The notes beneath the pieces were generated by a model. It did no database searches. It was given only the letters and a program-made list of their open reading frames with translations, and was not told the origin of the DNA. Below, one piece after another: positions 52,635 through 64,000 of a stretch of DNA of 64,000 bases. The position numbers were made by a program, and so were the translations under genes. Numbering within the stretch: the first letter of the stretch is position 1; every line of letters begins with the position of its first letter. Source of the DNA: Takakia lepidozioides (Eukaryota; Plantae; Bryophyta); assembly GCA_030704615.1 (NCBI GenBank), contig CM060734.1, positions 46,066,001-46,130,000 on the forward strand. The letters run 5' to 3'.

Positions 52635-55600
52635 CTAAAGGTTGACGTTGGGCCGATTACCAGCCAAAATCAATGAGATTTCTAGACCTCGGCTAAAGGC
52701 TTGGTTGAAGACAAGGCGGGTCTGGAATGTAGAGACGAAGGGGAACCATGACAAGAATGCAATTGGAACAAACACTACCATGCCCATACAGGCATCGTAC
52801 ACCCTTGAAATGTCGCGCACTGAGTCCCATAGCCCCACCCACTCCACTGCAGGCCTCAGTGCTATTGCAATCTGCCATGCCAAGACATACTTTCAATACT
52901 AGTCATCTCTGTAGCCAGACTAGAGACATAGATCTTACAAGCGATCTGCACAGGTAACTGAAAACACTATACCTTATGAGCACTAGTACAAGGAACCAGA
53001 CGACAATCAACTAGTACCCACACCGAAAGGAAGGGTCAGAAGCTGGTGTAGCTTTACCAGTCATCCAGCGTAAAGTTAGCAGAATGCGGAGAAATGCCAA
53101 GGCACAAGAACATAGAGTTGGAGGAATATTTACAGAAAGAAGGCCCCATCCTGTTGGGATAAATGCCAGCACAAGAGCACACACGTCCTTAATTGTGAGG
53201 GTTGTGACAGCAACAGCAATTGAAACCGCAGCAATGAAAGCCAAGAAGACAATCCCCTGGAAGAGCCTTAGAACCAACTGTATGTTCGCTGACGCCTTTT
53301 GGCTGAATGTGAAAATCTGCCAATTGCCATAACAAAGTCATCATGCCGGATGCCACTTTATGTTGATCTTTATTATGCTTTGACATGTACACAAATACAT
53401 ACCGGAACAATATAAGGTTACTATATAATACAAAAATCATGTACTGTGATTCACAATAAAGCCAAGGCCTGATCTCAATCTCTCGTAGGTGCATCTTCAG
53501 AAATAATTGCCAAAATTGTAAAAGTGTGTGGTAGAAATGATGTACTAAGGGATAGTGATTGATACAAATTCATGTATTGTACTCAAAACAAATGAAATGC
53601 AAGAATAGTGAGTGGACAGATAATACAAGTTTGTATTTCATAGACTCGGTGACATGGGTAACTTGACCCACCTTAAAGAGGAGAAATAGGCCTACCAGCA
53701 CCAACCACGAGTAACCATACCACTGCAGCACCCCACGTCAAATCAGCACTCCTCTCACAAGTGTTTGAACCATTTCGAACAGGTTTACAGGAACAATGAC
53801 CTCTGGCAGCCCAAGCTTACACATCCAGCTAATAAAGACAACAGCCAGTAAGGTGTAGGTGGGACTCAACACAAGGCTTCAAGCTAAATTGAGAGGGTTT
53901 AGCTACTAGAGGCAACATGCAACAAGATTTTGGTGGGAGACTTGCACCACCTCACAGGCAAGAATTTGAAGTACGCACTTGCCTTCAACTGTGCTTCTGA
54001 ACATGAGAGGTCTATTATTGCCCCAGAAGAGCTTTTGCAGGATATCACTGGACAACATATGGCTTTCATTTCTTGTTCCTTAATGTTGTCCTGAGTATAA
54101 ATTATCCACTTTGCAGAAGCATTACATGGGTGAGAGCCAGGCTAGAGAAAGTGGAGTCCAGTAGGATTCTTTGGACCCAGGTTTCCAGGCGCGACATTAA
54201 CTTCTTTCCTTCTTTGGGCAATACTAGATGTGTCCTGAAGTAGTTTTTGGTTTGTGCTACGTTGTCCCATTGACATCCTGGCCTCTATGGAAATCTATGG
54301 AAATCTTGGGACTAGAGGTGCAACACCATCACAGATTCAAACCGAGGCTATCCTCTGGCTTACAAACTTTCTTACAAAGTTGCAAGCCTTTCCACCCAAA
54401 TAGCTGACAGCCGAGGCACTCGCAACATTTATCAGGCTCAAAAACCACTGGTTTCAAGACCTCCTGGAATGCTTGGGTCTCCCAAGTTTTCTGAGCGCGG
54501 GAAAACCCGGATAAATTGCTTACTCCAAGGTAGGTCTTAACTACCGGCGTCAGCCCCTCACAAAGATAGGTTCTGTCCCTTTGTGTTCCGCTCAAACTGG
54601 GGGCGGGGTCAACGCCCAAGAGACTACGGCAAACAACGTCTTATGAGTACATTCTATCCACAGACTGTCTCTCCACCCTAAACCTCCCCAATGCCTTTAG
54701 AAGAGAGGGAGATGGAGCTGCAGACATGTAATTGAGCTGCAAGATCCGATCAGAGGACCAAGAATGTCTCTGATAGAGCTGCAGTTGGGTTGTAAGATGG
54801 CCGTTTCCCATGTCCGCCTCACGTGAAGTTCCATAAGTTCTCATCTGATGCATCTATTATAGTCCTGCCTGTCCGAAATTTCCACTCCCTCCATATTTTG
54901 TGGCAGTAGGAAAGCAACAGAGTCCGTGATATTCTCTCGAAATCCCTTTACACAAGCATCAACCTGCTGTGTGTGTTTTGCCCAATAACTAGGCCCAAAA
55001 AGGGCCTGTGGAGGGCCTCTCTCTCTCTTGTTCCATGCTCGTCCCATAGCTCTTGGAGCTTTCCGTGGATGTAAGTATGGAAGTATCAATTCATTTCATT
55101 CTTCTTCTGGATAATGCCCACAACATTGGCCGTATACTATACTAATTTGACCCTGGGATCAGGATTTGATTTCACCAGCATTGGGATCATGCACTAAGCA
55201 GAACAAAATCTAAACACTCCTGTCTGCCACTTCGTAAGGTCACACTCCTAAACTGAAATTTGCAACAATTTGCATGCAATGAAACCCATGCACAATCCCT
55301 AGGCCAGGGGAATTGATGAATAAGCACGAGTAATTGACAGTAGTGCTCACCAAGAGGCTGGTGTCATGGCCGTGCACATGAAGAGTATAAACAATGCCAT
55401 ACTGAAATAGGAAAAAACGTAAACTCAATATCAACTCCAAAATCCGGCTCCTAATTGAACGAATGTGCTCCTGCCACATCAGCCGCTTTGTGAGTCCAGC
55501 AGAATACCGAAAAACAGTACATAGGCTCAGTTGTATGAGAATAGAGAGCTCACCTGCTCCTCAGCCCACCAAACCTCCCAACTGATTTCACTTGTCACCC

Positions 55601-58600
55601 CTATACCCCCTTTGTAGAATAACCAGCTTGTCCAGCTGTCAAAGTCCTCCACCGACCTGATCAATCATGCAAACATCTATGAGTTTCACAAAGACAGACT
55701 TGCCATGCAAGTGTTTGTAGTCTACTACTGTCAACCTTTGCTTCCGGAGGAGAACTTGAACTTGTACTTACTTTTGCCACTCATATCCAGAAGGATTGAA
55801 GATGTAGGGGGCAAAGAGCCAAGATACAGCCAGAAACCAACTGCTGAAGGTAAGGAGAATATAGGAGACTGCAGATCGATCCTGAGCCCCATACGCCAAG
55901 TATATGATCAACAACAGTATTATTTCCATCCTGCAGTCAAAGCGTAACAAGCACAAATCAGGTGCCCCTACTAAAAGAGCAGAAAAAAAGAAATCTTGTT
56001 ACGTATGATGGAATCCCAACTGCTGAAACTGGAAGTTATGGCCGAAAAACGAGTACTCAAATGAAGACGTGACTTGGTAAGTTCCTGACGGAGAATGCCC
56101 AATGATGAACTGCCTCCTGTAGGTAAGGTGGTAAAGCAGTACTGGGACCAGAAGGGAAGATCTCAGAAAACAGTCAATACATTTCTGAAAGACAGGTTCA
56201 TTGCACCTCCCTCAGATCCTGTCTGATTCTCCTGCTTTGTGAGGATATGGGTAGAACAAGGTATTAAAGGAGGCAGAACCTTAGTTGATTGACTGAAGAG
56301 GAATTCTGGAACAAGCATGTCTGTGAAACCTATTGCCAATGTCTTAGATGTGCTATTTTCATGTAATGCTACTCTAATTAAAGACCACACATCAGTTGCA
56401 GTTCACTTCAAAGCCACTTCTTAAGCCTTGACAGCGGCACTTTGAATGCTAACACAGACAAGGGTGAGTTCTAGTATCTAGGGCATCTGTAAAGGTCCAC
56501 AGGATTAGGAGTTGATTGATATATTTAGGAAGCAACTGTCATTGATGGTTGCCTCTTCTAGCGTAGGTTCAGGGAGTCAACAGGTGGTTATTGATAGTCT
56601 GTGGCACCCGACACATGTGATCAACACAACTGAAGTCACTTACCTAGATTGATTAGTATCCAATAGGATCCCAGGTCATTGGATCATACATAAAGTGAGA
56701 ATGAAAGAGGATGGTGACCGGAAAGAGCATCAACCGTCAGCCCTCCAAGGCATACAGCGGAGGGTGCCAAGCCACTACACCAAGTCTCACCAACTAAAGA
56801 AGAGCAGTGTCTTACGCTTTGACAAAATGGCTGCGCGAGTAGAGGCGATAGTTTTCAGCAAAACTAATATGGCGCACAACGAATCCTCTTCCAGTAGCCC
56901 GGTACTGCACACAACCAAAATTCCATCCTTAACTATAATCAAGGCACAACTTGGTAAGATAGATGTGAGCAACATCATGGAGCATCAACCCAAAGATTGG
57001 GGGAAAACCATCTGACTCCCACACTCAAAGTAGCAACAACAAAATAAAGAAGCACAGGTAGGCACCCTAAGAGTAAGCCAGAGATATGTACAGCATGGGG
57101 TATTACCCCAAGGGTTTCTCAGAGGTAGTTGCCCGCCAAGAGGCAGAATATGTACAGCCACACAATTGTGAACAAGAGATGGGGTTTCACTGTCCAAATA
57201 TTTCCATTCACTTGACAAGAATGCAAAAGCTAAAATTCAGAAGAAAAATGTTGGAGAAAGGGGAGAGTGATTGCCTTGGCACCTCCATGTAGAATGGTGC
57301 GACCAAAATAGTGGGTTCGCGTTCCTAGAGAAAATGTGAAAAACACTGAAGCCAGTTGGAGCTGCATCGTACAGAAGCTTACTGCTGCCTGTGTCCAGAT
57401 ACCACCAACATAAGTGGAAACAGCAAACACAAGAAGGCTAGTTTAAAAGTAAAAGCTCCCCAACTTTGAGAAAGGAATGAAATGAAAGAACACTTTGTAA
57501 TGCATGCAGAAAGCTTGCAGAGCTTATGGGAGAAGAGAAAGCAGCAAACAAGAAAGAGAATGGGGCCCTAAACAAGCAGACCTAAAAACAAGGGGATCAT
57601 CTAAGATGTATCGCCTCATGCAGATCTGCTGCCAAGCATTTCTGATCCTTATACTGGAACAGCTCTGTAAAGTATTGGCTATCTTGGAATTGGCAATCAT
57701 ATCTTCTGCCCTGATTTCTCACTAAAGAGGACAGTGAAAGAAGAAATGTTCTTCAGAAAGAAAGGACCTTCATAAAGTCCACAGAAAGCCCACAGAGCTC
57801 ATGGATAGGACCGACCACAAGAGAAACCAAACGAATGTGTCATAAACCTCTGCATGTTGCTTGACGACTGGGTGAGTCATGCAGGTAAGCTGCTAAAAGT
57901 CCTAGTTTCTGCACTCAGCAGCTTTCTCCTGTTTTCCAGATTATGTGGTCGTCAATTTTGATAAGAAAGAAATAAGCTCAAGGACTTTCCATTTATCCAC
58001 ACTTCATCCACTACTATGCCCATCTGCAAGTTGTACTACCAGGGTCAGTATTTCTTGGCTTGGCACGCTTATGGTTTTAAGTTCTTGGTTCACGAAGTAT
58101 GTTCTGGAGTGTTTCCAACCTATTACAGAATACTGAAATAGGTTGTCGATGGAAAGACTGAAGGAGAACCAGAGGGAGAGAGAAGCCACACCCTGAAAAG
58201 GCCTTCCTCCAGAATGAGGTTCATAATCATCGGCACAGCAGTGAAGACACCAATTTGGAAAAGAAATTGAGTGTCCAGAGCTGATTGCAGTGCGGAATTG
58301 CCCAGCACATTGTTGTAGGTTTTCAACGCTTTATCCACCCCTGAGAGCGCCTGTCTCACCGTATCCACGGAAATCAGTCATAGTATGTTTCACGACTTCA
58401 ACCCAAACCATTGCAAGCATGCGGAAACCTCTATTTGCAATTGGGTTGCACGCCCTGTCAATAGAGATCTTGCAATGAGAAGAGCAGGAGTAAGCCCATG
58501 CAGTCTTCAGAAGATCTGGAAAGAGAAGCTCTCATATAATATCAGTGTGGCCACATCAATCAGGTCTAAGAGATCCAAATTGGCCTACCAGGTAAGCTTT

Positions 58601-61600
58601 TCCATAGAGAAAGACATAAACCGTCAAGACTGTCATCTGTTACAGGAACAAAATGTGGATGTTAGTTTTCCACTTGAAGCAATATACTCATAAAGGAATC
58701 AGATGCTGAAACTATCATTTGAGAAATGAAATGAAATGGTACTTTATAACGTCCGCGGAAAGCTCATAGAGCTTATGGGACAAAATGGAAACATGAGAGA
58801 GGAACAGAAATGAAATGAAATGGTGCTTTATAACGTCCGCAGAAAGCTCGTAGAGCTTATGGGACAAAATGGAAGAAAATATGAGAGAGGAACAAATCCA
58901 GAAACCACAATTAATGTTCTAGCGATTGTCTAAGGGTGAAGGCCTCGTGAGAACAGAGAAAGGCTCTTGAGAGAAGGGATGTGTGAAAAGATGTTTACCA
59001 TGGTGATAACATAAAAACCAACAGAGGTAAAGAAGAACGATAGCATTCGAAAGAAATCGAAGAACTGGCCCAGACGGTATACATCCCGACTAAGAGTTTG
59101 CTCCCCATTGCCACTCGCCACTTTCGCCTCAAATAGAGCTATCTGATTCAACCCAACATCTCGCCCCTTTCCAACCTGCAAGAAGACTTGATCAAGAACT
59201 GCCTATTCAAAAACAGGACATAAATGCAATGCACAATGCTGAGGTTGAAATAGGACCCCAGGCCGGTCACACATTCCGCTGTGCCGAGATGCGGGGGGGG
59301 CTGGTCGTGATAATCACCCCGGGAGAATACATGTGCGTCCTTGACAGGCACTCCACAACCTACCGGTTTCTCATTTTCAAAAAACCCCAGTGGTTGGCTT
59401 GTGAGTCAACCACAGAGGGGGACTAACTACTAAAGTCCCTCCATTCATCTCTGTTGAGACTTTACAACTCTGGCATCTGCTAACGAGGAAGACTGTAGGC
59501 TTGCTGTGGGAAGGGCAAACATACGTCAACTATTTAATACTAGGATGGTCTTGATGAAGAATCCAGTAAGGATCTGAAATAAATTCATGGGGTTGCTTTC
59601 AGACATTTCTTGATCACTGTAGGTAACGACTAACGACCTAAATGCCAAAAGGAAGAAAATAACTTGCATGGCCAACACTTGACCCAAAAGCAACCGAATT
59701 TTTCTTAGTAGTGACCAGGTATGTTATGTGCATTTGGATCCACCACGGATAGATGACCCTATTTACCCCATCTATTACTATTTTTCCATACGCAGGAATA
59801 CCCTCCGTTACAGCAAGATAATTTTTAGCCTCTCAATGTTCCTGGTTTGAGGGCAAAGTTAAGTATGTTATTTTGTCCTCTCCATAAGGAACAACTGCTC
59901 TGTGGACGAGGTAAGGCATAACAGTCAAAAACTACAGACAGACAAAGGCTGAGACAAAGCTCATTGCCTCACTGTAAAGGGTAACACTGGAGTGCAACAC
60001 ATACTGACCTGAATATACTCATGATGGGTAATGTTTCCCTGCCGCAGAGTGGAGTTAAATCCTGCACATAGTAAGAGACCAGTTTGGTAACTACAAAAAA
60101 ATTTAGACCTTTTTACAGACAGACCTGCTTAGTGATCTTGCTTGAGTTACACAGCTTCCGTAAAATAAATCGACACCTTGAACTACGGAACTCCTCAGAT
60201 TCCACAAAAAAATAGGAGAGATAAGCTCCAATTGGTTTGGTCAATAACTAACAATGGTGGGGTGGTGTCCAACCTGCATAAATATCTTCACTTATATTGA
60301 TTACACGAGATGCTTTGCTGATGCCCCCCCTTGAGATATGAAATATTCTGTCAAAAATGTCCGGATGCCCATAGTGCATCCTCACCCTGTACTCCAGATG
60401 TGGGGAATTAGTTTTAACACACACGCAGGGCCCCAGGGTACATGGTATAAGTCCTGAGGCTAAGTGTCTGTCATCTTCTCCAGGGAGAAACAAGAATTGA
60501 AATGAAACAAACTTTATACCGTCTATGGGATGCTCACAGAGCTTGTGAAAGCAACAAACAAGGGGGGAGAAGAAGGGGACCCTCCTCTTTCCGATTGAAA
60601 TGAAATGAAATGAAATGGTGCTTTATAACGTCCGCTGAAAGCTCATAGACCTTATGGGACAAAATGGAAAGAAAACATGAGAGAGAAAACAGGAAACCAG
60701 AGCCAGAGATAAGAACTATTGTTCAAGTGATTGTCTAAGGGTGAGTGCCTCGTGCAGGTAAGCTGCCAAGCATTTCTGATCTTCATAGTGAAAGACTTCA
60801 GTGAGAGATTGGGTTCCACAGAATAGACAGTGGAATCTCCCACGGATCTCATAGTATAGAGGGCAATAGAAGAAGTGTTCTATTAAGAAATTCTGTAAGT
60901 GTGAGAGCCTCATGAAGACTACCAGAAATCTCTGGTCCTCATAGTGGATTGGCTGTCTCCAGAGATGTAGAAGCGGCCCCTGATTTCATAGGAAAACAGG
61001 CTGCAAATGAAGAAATGGTCCTCACTCTAAATCTCCTGCCGGTTTTGTGTAGCACAGGTGGTGCATACACGTTCAGCACATTCTCAGCCTGACGGCACCC
61101 TGGACTGTCCCAATGCCCATAATAGAGCGGTAAAAAGTGGTGCAAACTCAGCAATTGGGTTGTATGCTTCTGTGACCATGGAGGTTCAGGAAGGTCTCAT
61201 GATAGACCTGCAGCTTGGTCGCAAAGGAGTTTATTGATTTCCAGGTCCGCTCGACATGGAGTGTCATCAGCTCTTGCCTAATGACCTTGCTGCGGGTTTC
61301 GGATTTCGGGTCATAGGGATGTAACAGATGGCCTGTCAATGAAAGTGAAGACCTGAGCTTACCGACATGTCATTGAGCCTGCTGATTTGAGTCTCTTAGA
61401 TGTCATGAGGGCTTGGATTGGTGACCACGTCGGGCAGAAATGAAATGGTACTTTAGAACGTCCATGGGAAGCTCAAAGAGCTTATGGGACAAGATTAAGA
61501 AATGAAATGTGGCTGTTTGGAGTGAATTTGGCATCCTTCCCTTAGGCTCCCAACTAGATGAATTCAAGCTCGGATGGTGGGGTCAACTGCAACATATGAC

Positions 61601-63707
61601 TAATATCAGACATCCTAAGGTAATCGACTCTACCTTGGAAGAGGGTAGAAGAGATTATCAAGGATCTGAATCTAATTGCGCAAGTGTTGAACCTGCTGTA
61701 TAGATCTGACTTACGGGCCACAGTGTCCAAAGCCATGTCTGTTGACAGAAAATTGTCTGATGAAAATTAAGTTCGGCAGAAAACTTCCCTGAACTTGTTT
61801 CCAGTCTGTGACATGGGGGAGGCCATCATGGATGACCTCAAGGGTTTACCCACTCTCGGCACTAGACTGAAATTCAAACTCAGGGCGTGAAGCCTACCTT
61901 TGAACAGCAAACAGAAGCAGAGAGGAAAGGGAGAGTGCAATTTCCCGTTGTGTGGGCAACCTGAAGACAATATTCATTTTCTGATTCATTGTCCAGGGCT
62001 CTCTCAGCAGAGAGACGCTTCTCTTCAAATCTATCAAGGGAATTGTGCCTGTACCTCTGTTTACCAACTCTGAAAGTCTCGAGGCTGAGCCAAAAGCCCA
62101 GGCCCTTTTGGGGCCTAGTTATTGGGCAAACCACACACAGCAGATGGATACTTGTGTAAAGGGATTTCTAGAGGATATCTGGAAAACTTGGATCAATTGT
62201 CTGTTCCAAGGTAGGTCTACCTTTGAGCAGCAAACAGATGCAGAGAGGCAAGGGGGATTGCAAATGCCCACTGTGAGGGCAACCTGAAGACAATATTCAG
62301 ATTCTGATTCATTGTCCTGGGTACTCTCACCAGAGAGACGCCCCCTTCAAATCCATCAAGGGTTTTGTGCCTCTACCTCTATTTACCAACTTTGAATCTT
62401 GAGGCTGAGCCAAAAGCCCAGGCCCTTTTGGGGCCAAGTTATTGGGCAATTCACCCACAGCAAATTGATGCTTGTGTAAAGGGATTTCTAGAGGTTATCT
62501 GGAACAGTCGGCTCAGTTGTCTGTTTCAGGGTAAGTCATACCACCACCGGTGTAAGCCCCTGAAGGTAGTTTCTGTCCCTTTGTGTTCCACTCAGACTGG
62601 GCGTGGGTCAATGGCCACAAGGCTACATCTTATGAGTACATTTTCTATCCTCAGACTGGGAGCCCACCCTGACCTCCCCAATGCCCTTAGAAGAGAGGGA
62701 GATAGAGCTGCAGACAGGTAATTAGGCCGCAAGATCCTATCATCACGTAGAACCAAGAATGTCTCCTGATAGAATTGCAGTTTTGTTGTTAGAGTGGCTG
62801 GCTTCCATGTACACCTGATGCATCTCCAAACCTGACAATAGAAACTTTCCAATATCCCTAAGATTGGTTCATCTCCTACTAACTACTTTCCCAACCATTG
62901 TTGGAAAAGATGTTGTCCAGAGTGTACAACACCGAAGTTGCGGTCTTTCTTTCTGCGGACGTTATAAAGCACCATTTCATTTCATTTCATTTCATTTCTA
63001 CACCAGACGTTATAAACTACTATTTCACTTGTGACTGCTACTATCTAGTGAATGAGTATACCAATCAACTAACACCTACACACTAATCAAATTCTGAACC
63101 ACTCACATCCAATCACATACTCTTGGAAACAATCAAAGTGGACACTTTCCGTAGGCTGAAGAATTCAAATAGTATCCATTGTAAATGCAAAAACTTGACA
63201 AACCAAGTCAAAGAACTCTTCATCTCAATTTTCACACAGAGGAAAAACACTCACTTGAGCAAGTGGGCCAGTACTCGCTGCCCTAGTGTTACAAATGTGC
63301 TCTCTTGCATCGACATGAACCATGCCAACGATGACACACTGCAGAATGACAAAGCTCAGAGGTTATGTATTAACTAAAAGCCTTCATGAACACCTATAGT
63401 AAACAGACCAGCTGCTGTAAATTATTCCAGACATCCTTTGGATAGGACTGGCCTACTCTCTCACCTCTCTGCACAATTCTAGGTTTTTAAGCATTTCCCT
63501 GTAAATATCTTAGATGCAGCTGGAAGGTAACAAAATATTCTCCATCCTTTTCAGTTCCAAAGTTTGGTTACATACTTAGACTCTTCCTTACCTTCCTGTG
63601 AAGACATGCTCACGAACACCAAGGATAGAAGGGCGGTGTAGGCCATGATGCTTGTCAAACTCCTCAAGCAAGTTCCGCACCTTGAAAGTTTCCTCCAAAT
63701 AGTTGTC
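52635..63707 (-). CDS. Callose synthase (1,3-beta-glucan synthase, GSL/CalS), 3' exons; gene continues beyond the right edge
   Basis: Exons DNYLEETFKVRNLLEEF..ILGVREHVFTG, SVSSLAWFMSMQESTFVTLGQRVLA, VRMHYGHPDIFDRIFH..SEDIYAG, FNSTLRQGNITHHEYIQ, VGKGRDVGLNQIALFEAKVASGNGEQ, LGTRTHYFGRTILHGGAK, ATGRGFVVRH, FAPYIFNPSGYEWQK and FPFVSTFQTRLVFNQAFSRGLEISLILAG; stop at 52635. One intron appears to use a GC donor (after GGAK, ~57275). Confidence 0.95.
54400..55100. mobile_element. Intronic cluster: family A 3' end (+, to 54651), family B fragment (-, 54652-~54925), short family A (-) and family B (+) pieces
   Basis: Similarity to 3200-3374 and to 42198-42480. Confidence 0.8.
57473..58950 (-). mobile_element. 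Family B 3'-end copies in callose synthase introns (~57473-57755, 58723-58806, 58807-58950)
   Basis: GAAATGAAATGG..TTTATAACGTCCGCGGAAAGCTCATAGAGCTTATGGGACAAAATGG signature. The span also includes a host exon at ~58192-58338. Confidence 0.85.
60496..63000. mobile_element. Dense intronic LINE pile: family B (60596-60882, ~61150-61410, 61436-61507, 62641-~62825, 62954-62998) and family A (61508-62211, 62212-62640)
   Basis: Direct similarity to the reference copies at 2508-3374 and 41844-42560. Confidence 0.88.
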
Positions 63708-64000
63708 CTATATCAAAAACCAAAATGTCTTACCGATCAGCATCTGGCCTAATAAAGGAAAGTACCAAAGATCATTCTACCCAGATATCCACGAACCAAT
63801 ATCCCCTGAAGTAAATCTTGAGAGAACATTCTAGCCATTAGGTACCTTTGCACCATGCTTCTTCATGATCTTAGTCTAATTCTGCATTTTCATGCACTTC
63901 AGGGGACTAAAAACACTGAACTTGAGCTGAGGAAATTTTCATACTCCCCAAGTAGCTCAGCATCGTTTCACACAGACCACACACAGAGGGGCCACCCTTG

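Overview
Eukaryotic nuclear DNA from a land plant. A non-seed plant is my inference from the transposon content and is not proven. Host genes: a damaged DUF676 lipase-like gene with one inverted exon (-), a decayed ABCB transporter fragment (+), an alpha-tubulin (+), a root-cap/LEA-type protein (-), a malectin-like/LRR receptor kinase (-) and the 3' part of a callose synthase (-). Introns hold many copies of two RTE-like LINE families. The main object is a young 12.35-kb Ty3/Gypsy-type retroelement (12009-24358, minus strand, 4-bp TSD ACTG). Its polyprotein reads Gag(2x CCHC)-protease-Dnmt3-like C5 cytosine methyltransferase-RT-RNaseH-integrase-PHD finger. Its ends are not two ordinary LTRs but split direct repeats (A-B-C.gc.A-B...B-C) with an internal palindromic CA-gc-TG junction. 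It also has a putative self-priming PBS and a 1.7-kb tandem array in the leader. It sits beside a PIF/Harbinger-type unit (Myb/trihelix ORF plus DDE transposase) that encloses a captured SAHH gene fragment. A non-coding TTAA-flanked, piggyBac-like element follows. Many frameshifts are 1-bp homopolymer indels and may be long-read consensus errors. All domain calls come from motif recognition by eye; no database search was run.
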